From positions 62,001 to 126,000 of IMG/VR virus record IMGVR_UViG_3300036715_000626: a stretch of 64,000 nucleotides of DNA, one strand, 5' to 3'. Shown here piece by piece: positions 1 to 7,923 of the stretch (the stretch's first letter is position 1; every line of letters starts with the position of its first letter). Made by a program: the position numbers and the translations under genes. Under the pieces are notes generated by a model. It ran no database searches. It saw only the letters and a program-made list of their open reading frames with translations, and had not been told where the DNA came from.

Positions 1-52
1 CGCTAGCACTTAAGCTCGCTATTAGAGCTATTATCAAAAGTAGAGTTTTCAT
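1..52 (-). CDS. 5' part of a secreted/membrane protein, truncated by window edge
   Basis: ATG at 52 after GAAGGA RBS; reads MKTLLLIIALIASLSAS, a typical Sec signal peptide. Confidence 0.6.
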   Translation of the reverse strand, partial: MKTLLLIIALIASLSAS

Positions 53-90
53 GGTCATCCTTCGTATCATGATTTAGAATCTCTGTATTA

Positions 91-702
91 TTACAGCGAT
101 CCTCCGTCTGGGTCAGTTGGGTCGATTCCTCCGGCGATCAACCTTTCTACATTTTCCCAGGTATCAAGAACACTCAATTTATCGAATACGTCGAGTTCAT
201 TGTCCTTGTCACTATGATGGTAAGAGTAATGCATAGCATACCCTTCGCCATTACCATCAAACTGCAATACCCCATCCATTACCTGCATATATTCCACACT
301 CTCTTTTCCATGTTGTGGGTTATTATTTATATACGTGTCTTGAAATCCGTAACACATGTTACGTTGGTAGAGTTTATCTACCTCTGGATGTGCCATGATG
401 TATTGTTGCATAATTAGATTAGCGCTTGCAAATGCATCGTAGGCGACGGGATATATTACCGTTTGGTTCATATGTGAACCAGTTTTGAACAGCAACGCTT
501 TTGAAGCGTTTATAATGCTGCTGTCATTGAATCTGTTATACATAGTTTTCACAGTATCTACAAATCTACTACCGATGGCTGTTGTATTATCAATAGCTGA
601 TTGTATATTGTTCTGTAAATAGTTTAACAGATTACTATCAGGTTGTTTGTATAACATAGCGTTTAGTGCTAATTCTCCGCCCTTGATAGTATTTACATAC
701 AT
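91..702 (-). CDS. hypothetical protein (probably conserved phiKZ-like)
   Basis: 203 aa ORF with AAGGAGG RBS, downstream of an early-promoter motif. Confidence 0.7.
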   Translation of the reverse strand: MYVNTIKGGELALNAMLYKQPDSNLLNYLQNNIQSAIDNTTAIGSRFVDTVKTMYNRFNDSSIINASKALLFKTGSHMNQTVIYPVAYDAFASANLIMQQYIMAHPEVDKLYQRNMCYGFQDTYINNNPQHGKESVEYMQVMDGVLQFDGNGEGYAMHYSYHHSDKDNELDVFDKLSVLDTWENVERLIAGGIDPTDPDGGSL

Positions 703-809
703 AATATTAACCTCCTTGTGGTCATTTATAACCTTTCTACAAAAAAATTGTAGAGCTTTATTTAATAAGTCCGTTGCGCAACAGGCTTAGGATGGTTAGT
801 CCTATATTA

Positions 810-818
810 ATAATATAT
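810..818 (-). promoter_or_regulatory. putative early promoter ATATATTAT
   Basis: Repeated intergenic motif; resembles phiKZ early consensus TATATTAC. Confidence 0.65.
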
Positions 819-847
819 GGTTATAATAAAATAAAAAAATATACACA

Positions 848-872
848 TAGCTACTGGTATTACCAGTAGCTA
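848..872. terminator. palindromic intrinsic terminator
   Basis: TAGCTACTGGTA-T-TACCAGTAGCTA just after the stop of 898..1353. Confidence 0.7.
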
Positions 873-897
873 CATCTTTTATCAGTACATGGTGTAA

Positions 898-1353
898 TTA
901 TACCTTAGTCACATTAAGCAAAGTGAGTAGTTTAGTAACCATGTCCGGAGCTTGTTTTCTAAGCTGGTTGTTCTTATTAAAAACTCCAGCTACGCCATTC
1001 TTAACAAACTTATGTTTTTTGTCCTTAGGTATTCTATATGGTAAATTATCCACTTGTTGATAGACTCCCCAAACAGGACTATCCGTAACTTCAGAACACT
1101 TTTTAAAAGTACCAGTTTCTAAATTAACTACAATGCAACCTCTTTCACGTACCAACATCAAAGCTTTCTCTCTAGTAAAATTATCATCACCTGTAGTATT
1201 GATAACGTTCACTACGTCATTAACCATAACCTCACTATTACCAACTGAATCGGACCCATTTGTTGCATATAAAACATCTGCTTTACTACCGTATCTTGAG
1301 TGCAGTGTTATCTTTTTATTCTCAGTAAGCCTGTTGACTAATGCTGGTTTCAT
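898..1353 (-). CDS. hypothetical protein
   Basis: 151 aa ORF with AGGAAAG RBS, flanked by terminators. Confidence 0.7.
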   Translation of the reverse strand: MKPALVNRLTENKKITLHSRYGSKADVLYATNGSDSVGNSEVMVNDVVNVINTTGDDNFTREKALMLVRERGCIVVNLETGTFKKCSEVTDSPVWGVYQQVDNLPYRIPKDKKHKFVKNGVAGVFNKNNQLRKQAPDMVTKLLTLLNVTKV

Positions 1354-1376
1354 AACTTTCCTTTATTAAAAAATAC

Positions 1377-1412
1377 TGTAACTACTGGCAGGAAATCCTG
1401 CCAGTAGTTACA
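1377..1412. terminator. terminator of nvRNAP gene
   Basis: 17-bp inverted repeat overlapping the exon 2 stop, followed by a T-run on the minus strand. Confidence 0.75.
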
Positions 1413-1629
1413 TGTTAACTGTATTTAACAGTTTTGATATTGTATCATCTACTAGATTCTCCGAATCGTCGCTAAGATAATTAGATAAAATACTATTAGC
1501 AGGAGCTAATAAAGTTAAGTTACCTGATACGCTATATGGTTTGGATAAATCTGGGATATTGTAAAACGGTCTAAGTGTTTTAAACTCTTCTGTTAGAAGA
1601 TTATCTAACAAGATAGTGAAGTTTAATTC
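1408..1629 (-). CDS. non-virion RNAP beta' subunit, exon 2 (phiKZ gp56.1-like)
   Basis: ELNFTILLDN... continues the DFDGD motif of exon 1 in frame; exact 3' splice site uncertain (1629, 1632 or 1638). Confidence 0.75.
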   Translation of the reverse strand, partial: ELNFTILLDNLLTEEFKTLRPFYNIPDLSKPYSVSGNLTLLAPANSILSNYLSDDSENLVDDTISKLLNTVNM

Positions 1630-3484
1630 TCTCTTATTCACATAATACGTTACTATTACGTCGCGGCTTTACCCGCTGCTCGATCTTTCGACCGATGACT
1701 GTGTTTTACACAGAAAACCCTCTTAAGGGTGAGTAGACTATATCTTATTTTTGATTGTTTTGTGTTCAAGTCTTCTGATCTTAATATGGGGGTGATCAGA
1801 AAGACTCACTAATTCTTCTAAACTGTGTCTAAGTAAGTACGAGTTTATGTTTGATCTTGGATTACCAGCATCTTTAAATACTCCTAAATACATAGCTAAT
1901 CTGAAGTTACCAAATACATAAAATACTTGTTTACCTTCTTCTCTATTACTATCAATGACTTCATATGTAGCAGCACTAATATCTACATTGTATCTACTGT
2001 TTACTACCTCTTCTTCAGTATAGTTTTTCCAAGTAAAGTCATTAACAGATGATTTTATACCATAGCCTTTAATTATCCAAGACTCATTGCATGTAGACGA
2101 TTTAGCTAATGCCGTACTAATCCTGTGATTATTTACTTGGTTGGATACCGGCTCTTTTGTTAACAAGAAATCAGATACTTCATCAATAGTGTTTAACACT
2201 ATTTCTTCTTTAAGTGTATAATCATACAGATAGTAAAAATGATCTCTCTTGATATATGGTTTAGACAACCATGTTTCTCTTGCTAATATAACTTCTTCTT
2301 TATTAACACTGTTGGGTATTTTAGTAACATCCATAGTTGGAGTAACTAGATAACCCATGGTGTATATATAACCATCTCGATTAAGAAACTTAGATAAATA
2401 TCCAATGGACATACCTGTATTATAAGATACCAACATCATACTGTTATACATAGTCCATGTCTCATCAAGTACATCATATACCCACATCTCCACAGCAGCT
2501 TTACCACTGGTATTAACAGGTCCTAAAACAAACTTATCCTTTAGAGATATAATATACCTATTTAGAATAGGATACTTATCAGAATGTTTTATATGCGATA
2601 CGATAGCTAATGGATTGACATTCAAATATTTAGACATTCTACTAATAGACATAAAAGTTTTTTCAGTATTATCCAGTATATCTTTAACAGTGACTATTGC
2701 ACTGTTCGTCCATAACCCGCTATCAACTGCGTGATTGGTATTCTCTTTACGAGTATTCCAAGCCAAATTCCAAATCCTATTATTTTGTTTATTTCCATCT
2801 TCATGATTAACAGTTGGTTTATTTTCTGGATTAGGTATCCATGCTAAAGCAACCATTCTGTGTACTTTTCTAGGGTTCCTAGCTAAGGTATCAGATGTTA
2901 ATGTGGCGTTAACATAACCATCCGGATCTAGGCTTGTTTTTAAAAGCCCTCCAGTAATAACCCGCAGTCTACCTATATTACTAGCTTCGTAACCTTTATA
3001 CCCGAGCACTGGTTTCCAGAGTTCATTTTTTAATTCCTCCTCTGTATAAGGAATGTGTTTACTTCGTATTACCACTATATTCCTTTTTTAACAAACAACA
3101 CCCCCGTATTATTTGTTCCTTTTATAAAACAATCAAAATCCTTCCGTTTCGATTTAAGGGATTTGATACCCACCCACTTGGGCCCTACTCTACTCCGTTG
3201 AGTACTTATTAGTACCGAGAGCGTCTATAGCTCTCTCATACACTGTCGTGCGTCGTTTCGATAGTCGTTGAGCACATCTCTTCATCTTACATGCTAAGAG
3301 ACTTCGCTGCGTCGATTCCCAAATCCTGATGAGTTTTTACCATTCCTTTATTTCCATTATTACGGTTAAGGTTGTTATACTCTGTTTCCAGGTATAAGTG
3401 GTATCATCAAGCTCTAACGGGGTCCCCGCAATTAGGAAGGTTATTTTACTACGCATCACTGCGTAGGGAGACAAATTATTCTTT
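1630..3484 (-). mobile_element. group I intron (phage IA2-like) in nvRNAP beta', with homing endonuclease in P8
   Basis: P1: exon GGAGAU pairs IGS GUCUCC with the conserved U.G; P element AAUUGCGGGGA; Q AAUCGACGCAGC; R CUCAACGACUAUC; S AAGAUAUAGUCU; several P9 hairpins before exon 2. Confidence 0.9.
1738..3075 (-). CDS. intron-encoded NUMOD4-HNH homing endonuclease
   Basis: WKPVLGYKGYEASNIGRLR (NUMOD4); VHRMVALAW...VNHEDGNKQNNRIWNLAWNT (HNH_3); its TAG stop lies inside the intron S element. Confidence 0.9.
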   Translation of the reverse strand: MVIRSKHIPYTEEELKNELWKPVLGYKGYEASNIGRLRVITGGLLKTSLDPDGYVNATLTSDTLARNPRKVHRMVALAWIPNPENKPTVNHEDGNKQNNRIWNLAWNTRKENTNHAVDSGLWTNSAIVTVKDILDNTEKTFMSISRMSKYLNVNPLAIVSHIKHSDKYPILNRYIISLKDKFVLGPVNTSGKAAVEMWVYDVLDETWTMYNSMMLVSYNTGMSIGYLSKFLNRDGYIYTMGYLVTPTMDVTKIPNSVNKEEVILARETWLSKPYIKRDHFYYLYDYTLKEEIVLNTIDEVSDFLLTKEPVSNQVNNHRISTALAKSSTCNESWIIKGYGIKSSVNDFTWKNYTEEEVVNSRYNVDISAATYEVIDSNREEGKQVFYVFGNFRLAMYLGVFKDAGNPRSNINSYLLRHSLEELVSLSDHPHIKIRRLEHKTIKNKI

Positions 3485-4732
3485 ATCTCCATCAAAGTCA
3501 GCATTGGACGACTTAGCGATGAGACCCGAGATACCAATAGTGTTATCATAGGTATCTGTTTTAAACTTACCTATATACACTGCTTGTGATGAACCTTGTA
3601 GTAGACTTGGATTCCGTTGTGCTAAGACCATAATCTTTCTGTCAGGCGCTTCGTTAATGAGTTCCTGTAACAGTTCATCGATAAGCGGTATGTACCGTTT
3701 AACCGCGTCAAACAGCATGTTACTTGCTTTCTTATACGTCATTTTACGTTGATTAACCAACTTGTTTATAAGATGAGGTCTAAACGCAGTTACTCCGATA
3801 GCCCAAGGTACCCATATCTCGTCATGACGATGTTTACCAGGGATACTTGTAATAACTGATCTGAAAGTAAAATGTGATCTTGCTCCGTATACATGCTTAC
3901 GAAATAATCCTACTTTCTTAGTAATATACCGTTCATAGTAGTTATGATACAATGAAGCTAATTTAGAAATAACTACCGATGTATGAGATGCATTTTTACG
4001 ATGGCTTTGTTTCTCACTTGTAGAGTTAATCTTAATCCACGTCATAACAACATCAATAACATCCGATACCGCTAAGTTAATAAATTTACCTTTAGTGGTA
4101 TTTTCCATAACGAAGAGTTTCTTATTGATAATCGGTAAATAGTTACTGAAGATGAGATCCTTTTGATGGGTATACATGTCCAATAACAAATACAAGTTAT
4201 CTTGTTTATCGATATCTTTAAACTTAGCATGGTTCATCAGATACTGAATGATTTCAGGGAGTTTGATAATAAAGTTCTTATAAGAACGTTCTACCATAAT
4301 CTCTTTGATACCATGAGTAAAGTTTTGGAGTTCCACCGGTGGGTTATACATTGGATCAGTCATCCATCGTACATAATCGATTTTCTTATCGAGAATGTTA
4401 CGTAGCATCAACCAGTAAGCTGGGTTGATAAATTCTAACCCATCTTCTAATTTTTCTAACCAAAGCATAGGATCTACTTTTTCATGCACTTCTTTACAGA
4501 CAGTACCGCATGAACTACATACTTTTTCAAGTAGATAGCGACCTTTAAGGTTACCACAATCACAGGAAGGAATAGTAGATAGTATATCACTGTCATAAAC
4601 AGTAATCAGTTGGTTGTTAACTTCTTCGATGTCATCTACTGAGAAATGATCTAGGTTGTTAACGATTACTTTAAACCCTGTGGAGTGTGCGAAGAATTCG
4701 TCGAAATTGACTAAACGTTGTGTGATAGCCAT
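3485..4732 (-). CDS. non-virion RNAP beta' subunit, exon 1 (phiKZ gp55-like)
   Basis: Zn ribbon CDC...CSSC; RNPSL; catalytic NADFDGD immediately before the intron. Confidence 0.9.
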
Positions 4733-4816
4733 TATGTTCTCCTTTGACTTTAGATATTACCTTGCGCAAGATAATAGGAATACAACAATTGTTTATAGCA
4801 AAAGGTTCCTGCATAA

Positions 4817-4825
4817 ATAATATAT
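4817..4825 (-). promoter_or_regulatory. putative early promoter of nvRNAP beta'
   Basis: ATATATTAT with upstream A/T tract. Confidence 0.65.
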
Positions 4826-4850
4826 GTTTAAAAATAAATAAAAAAAGATA

Positions 4851-4879
4851 ACCCTCACAACACCTAGGTGTTGTGAGGT
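4851..4879. terminator. palindromic terminator
   Basis: CCTCACAACACCTAGGTGTTGTGAGG perfect palindrome. Confidence 0.65.
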
Positions 4880-4881
4880 AT

Positions 4882-4965
4882 TCATTGTAGATCACCACAA
4901 CCTTCTACAGGACAGAACCCTGTAAATCCTTCGATACGAGTTATTGTAATCAGCGGCTCTTCCAT
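4882..4965 (-). CDS. 27-aa Cys-containing peptide
   Basis: AAGGGT RBS; MEEPLITITRIEGFTGFCPVEGCGDLQ; lies between two terminators. Confidence 0.45.
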   Translation of the reverse strand: MEEPLITITRIEGFTGFCPVEGCGDLQ

Positions 4966-5012
4966 TGTAATACCCTTATTAATTATATCACAAATATACC
5001 AAAAAAATAATA

Positions 5013-5040
5013 GTAGGTAACGGGATGTCCCGTTACCTAC
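5013..5040. terminator. palindromic terminator
   Basis: GTAGGTAACGGGA-TG-TCCCGTTACCTAC with T-tract on the minus strand. Confidence 0.7.
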
Positions 5041-5050
5041 GTATATTGTT

Positions 5051-5533
5051 CTATTCGATAATAAAATTATCTAATATCTCGGTAGACTTTAAAGCAGATC
5101 TCTGGACAGTTAAGTTAAACTTTACTTTAATATACTCTTTAGTATTAAGAATCATAATACGCATAAGCACGCATATGAAATCATAATCCGATGGTAAACC
5201 AGGTAACTCATCAACAATAGTGTCAGGAAAATTAAGGTATACTACCTTAACATTTTTATGCGTTACAGCATACTCTATCCTATTAAGAAGTTTTTCCATA
5301 GAAGAAACTTCCGTTAGGATTAGATTCTTATTATTTACCTCGTCAACTGTATAACCGTGTTTGACGAAATCGGTACCGAGTTTATCTAAACCAGACATAC
5401 ATTCAAAATATACTGATTCTTCATTAGTTTCACGTATATTTTGAATCGCATCTTTAACCATATCCATGTTTGTATTTACTTCATAGTCTTCTAACAGATA
5501 GACTGTTATATTGCTAAATTCGATTTTTTGCAT
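5051..5533 (-). CDS. hypothetical protein
   Basis: 160 aa ORF with AAAGGA RBS. Confidence 0.7.
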   Translation of the reverse strand: MQKIEFSNITVYLLEDYEVNTNMDMVKDAIQNIRETNEESVYFECMSGLDKLGTDFVKHGYTVDEVNNKNLILTEVSSMEKLLNRIEYAVTHKNVKVVYLNFPDTIVDELPGLPSDYDFICVLMRIMILNTKEYIKVKFNLTVQRSALKSTEILDNFIIE

Positions 5534-5561
5534 TTTTTATCCTTTTAATAATAAGTATTAA

Positions 5562-5765
5562 CTACTTAACTATATCATCATAGATCGCTCTGGCTACAGA
5601 GTGTACTACAATACCACACTTATTAACATCCAAAACACAGCTACCACGTTCTTTTTCTTTCGTACGTGATATGTTAATGTATGTTACTAAATTACTACTG
5701 CTACATGCCGGACATACTTTATAATGTCTAGGAACTAACGCCTGACAACTATTACACTTTTTCAT
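5562..5765 (-). CDS. small zinc-ribbon protein
   Basis: CNSC...CPAC motif; AGGTG RBS. Confidence 0.65.
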   Translation of the reverse strand: MKKCNSCQALVPRHYKVCPACSSSNLVTYINISRTKEKERGSCVLDVNKCGIVVHSVARAIYDDIVK

Positions 5766-5774
5766 TGCACCTAC

Positions 5775-6476
5775 TTACATAATATCGCTTAATGTCGATA
5801 ACGTAATTAGATTAACTAAAGAACCTAATTCACTATCGCTATAGCTTTCTAACTTACTCCAGAGTTCTTCCAACTCAACTTTGTAATGCTCTACATATTC
5901 AGTATCATTGGTTATATAGCCAGTTCTACTGTATTTAGCCTTAAGATGATCGATAATGTACTTGATTTTTTCACCATAGGCGTCTAAAGAATCTTTAATA
6001 TCGGTAGGAAATTTATTAGACTTAACCATGCGTGAAATGATTGCCTGCAAATCCGGTCTACCTTTATCAGCGATTCTCAGTATTTTACTGTAAATAGAAC
6101 TTGATGATGTAACACTACTAGCTCGGTGCTCACGAACAGCATTCTCTATAATACAGAGTTCATCACTATTAAACATCTTTAGATATTTATCAGAGATATT
6201 TTTAACATAATCACCAGCTAAATCATGATGTTCCTTACGATTTTCATAAACTTTGATATCGTGAAGATACGCACACATGAAAATAATATGGTAATCGATT
6301 GAAGGTGATTTTAGTTTACACGCTAGCATAGCCATATTTTTATAAACATCATCTGCGTGATCGATCTGATGACCTAGATCGTTATGTATATAAAAGGTAT
6401 GTCTATAGTACTCCCTGGCTTCTTTTTGCCATTGATTTCTAAAATACGCCTCTATGGGTATATTTCTATTGCTCAT
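5775..6476 (-). CDS. HD-domain phosphohydrolase
   Basis: H..DH, LHDI, HR, IAD motifs. Confidence 0.85.
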   Translation of the reverse strand: MSNRNIPIEAYFRNQWQKEAREYYRHTFYIHNDLGHQIDHADDVYKNMAMLACKLKSPSIDYHIIFMCAYLHDIKVYENRKEHHDLAGDYVKNISDKYLKMFNSDELCIIENAVREHRASSVTSSSSIYSKILRIADKGRPDLQAIISRMVKSNKFPTDIKDSLDAYGEKIKYIIDHLKAKYSRTGYITNDTEYVEHYKVELEELWSKLESYSDSELGSLVNLITLSTLSDIM

Positions 6477-6505
6477 GATTTTCCTTTAAGTCTTTAAGAT
6501 AAGAT

Positions 6506-6549
6506 ATGTCTATACCAGGATACCGATTACGGTATCCTGGTATAGACAT
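6506..6549. terminator. long palindromic terminator closing the non-coding locus
   Basis: 20-bp inverted repeat ATGTCTATACCAGGATACCG / CGGTATCCTGGTATAGACAT. Confidence 0.7.
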
Positions 6550-6563
6550 CAGTAAAAAATATT

Positions 6564-6940
6564 CAAATCCCGGAGTGCGCCCGAGATTTGGTTTAAAAAG
6601 GGGCAGCATATTTTTTATTATACTCTCCGTAAGACTTAACTATCGGAGAGTCCAGAGTTTCTTTTATCGCTAAGTATATCTCAACTACAGCGGTGAATAC
6701 ATCTGAATTGTTTTCTAATTGAAGCGTCCAACAATTAGAAACACTTAAACAGTTTAAATATCCGTGAGTTATCGAACGCGTAAGGCGTAAACCCGATACC
6801 GATACTACATCGCGATGAGGTAGCCTGACCAACCGCGAAATACCGGCAACGAATACTTAAATAAACTGTTTAAATGGGGTCTATCACGCGCCGTTTAACG
6901 CCGGCCAATAAGCCGGCTGATCGGCACGTATAGAACACCA
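6564..6940 (-). ncRNA. candidate large structured ncRNA
   Basis: GC-enriched; nested helices with many G.U pairs on the minus strand; no credible RBS-led ORF. Confidence 0.55.
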
Positions 6941-7049
6941 GTCAATGTTAATATAACACTCAATGGTATTCTTATGTTATCCACTCGACTAATACTTATT
7001 GTACCGTCAAGCTTTTCGAATATGATGCATTTCATTTCTAACTGATAAC

Positions 7050-7123
7050 TGGTTAGACTAGACAGATTCAAACTGTCGACCTCTGTAGGGTGATACAGTG
7101 CTCTATCGCTGAGCTATAGCCTT
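7050..7123 (-). tRNA. tRNA-like RNA with CCA end and a non-canonical 6-nt anticodon loop
   Basis: AAGGCTA/TAGTCTA acceptor, GCTC/GAGC D stem, CTGTA-TCACCC-TACAG, GACAG-TTTGAAT-CTGTC, ACCA end. Confidence 0.75.
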
Positions 7124-7223
7124 GTATGTTGTCATACAGGCTTGCAATTCCTACATTGTCAGATTTTTGTCTGTGGGCCTGTATAACTGGTGTCATTACT
7201 GACATAAAAAAGTTGCCTGTGCG

Positions 7224-7314
7224 TGGTGGGTGCGGTAGGATTCGAACCTACGACGTTTCTTTAAATGTGGTCGATTATGAGTCGACAGGGCTCGACCGCT
7301 GCCCGTACACACCC
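7224..7314 (-). tRNA. tRNA with CAT anticodon (elongator Met or Ile2), long variable region
   Basis: GGGTGTG/CGCACCC acceptor, GTCGA-CTCATAA-TCGAC, GTAGG-TTCGAAT-CCTAC, encoded ACCA. Confidence 0.85.
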
Positions 7315-7699
7315 AGTATAAATACTTCCTGTGATAATTTGCAACTTATTCACAGGTTGTACTGGTAGGATATGAGCTGCATGTACTACCATTCATGCAG
7401 ATGAGCTGGTCCAGTTGACCCGATATAAAAAGATAGTTTGCTCAACACGTATCTTAACTTAAGTACACTCGATTATTGTCACAGCTCTAAGCAGTAACTC
7501 ACACAGTGCGTACAAAACATCTTACTCAAGGATGCTTCGGGTGACGTATATGTTGTTGAATACCAAAATGCTAGCTGGCGTTACGCCTAGGCTTTTCGCT
7601 ACGGTAATACGGACTATAACGAGTCCGTAACAAAAACATACATTTATCGCCACCACTCAATGCTAATAAAGCACTCAATGGTAACCACAATCTAATATT

Positions 7700-7708
7700 A
7701 TAATATAG
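7700..7708 (-). promoter_or_regulatory. putative early promoter of the non-coding/tRNA operon
   Basis: CTATATTAT motif. Confidence 0.6.
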
Positions 7709-7896
7709 GGGTAAAATAAACTCGAACTTATACGCAACAATAACCTACGACGAAACACATTAGTTATTGTGCATATAAGAGTGTCAACCGTGTACGTATA
7801 ACACCTATCAGTATTAAAGTTAATATTCATAGGTAGTATATTATGGTCATAATAATCTATTCTGATAAAAAATTATTGCATCACCATTACTCATAT

Positions 7897-7917
7897 TGAG
7901 AGGGAACATCCCTCTCA
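7897..7917. terminator. terminator after chimallin
   Basis: TGAGAGGGA-ACA-TCCCTCTCA. Confidence 0.55.
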
Positions 7918-7923
7918 GATCGT

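Noticed and set aside
3326-3333. CTGATGAG hammerhead-like core on the + strand
   Set aside because: It is the antisense of an intron helix and has no matching GAAA core arrangement
3337-3549. 70-aa ORF overlapping the nvRNAP exon 1 end
   Set aside because: It lies over the intron catalytic core (P1-P6) and has no RBS
6593-6832. 79-aa ORF ending KKYAAPF, suggestive of a tmRNA tag
   Set aside because: No tmRNA tRNA-like domain ends (no GGGG 5' end or T arm plus CCA 3' end) and no RBS; better explained as part of a structured RNA
6815-6835. GGTCAGG resembling SRP RNA helix 8
   Set aside because: The GNRA loop and GCAG partner are missing
7000-7223. Theta/HDV-like ribozymes after the tRNA 3' ends
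   Set aside because: No nested double-pseudoknot consensus recognisable in either trailer
7126-7368. 80-aa + strand ORF
   Set aside because: Antisense to the tRNA gene; no RBS
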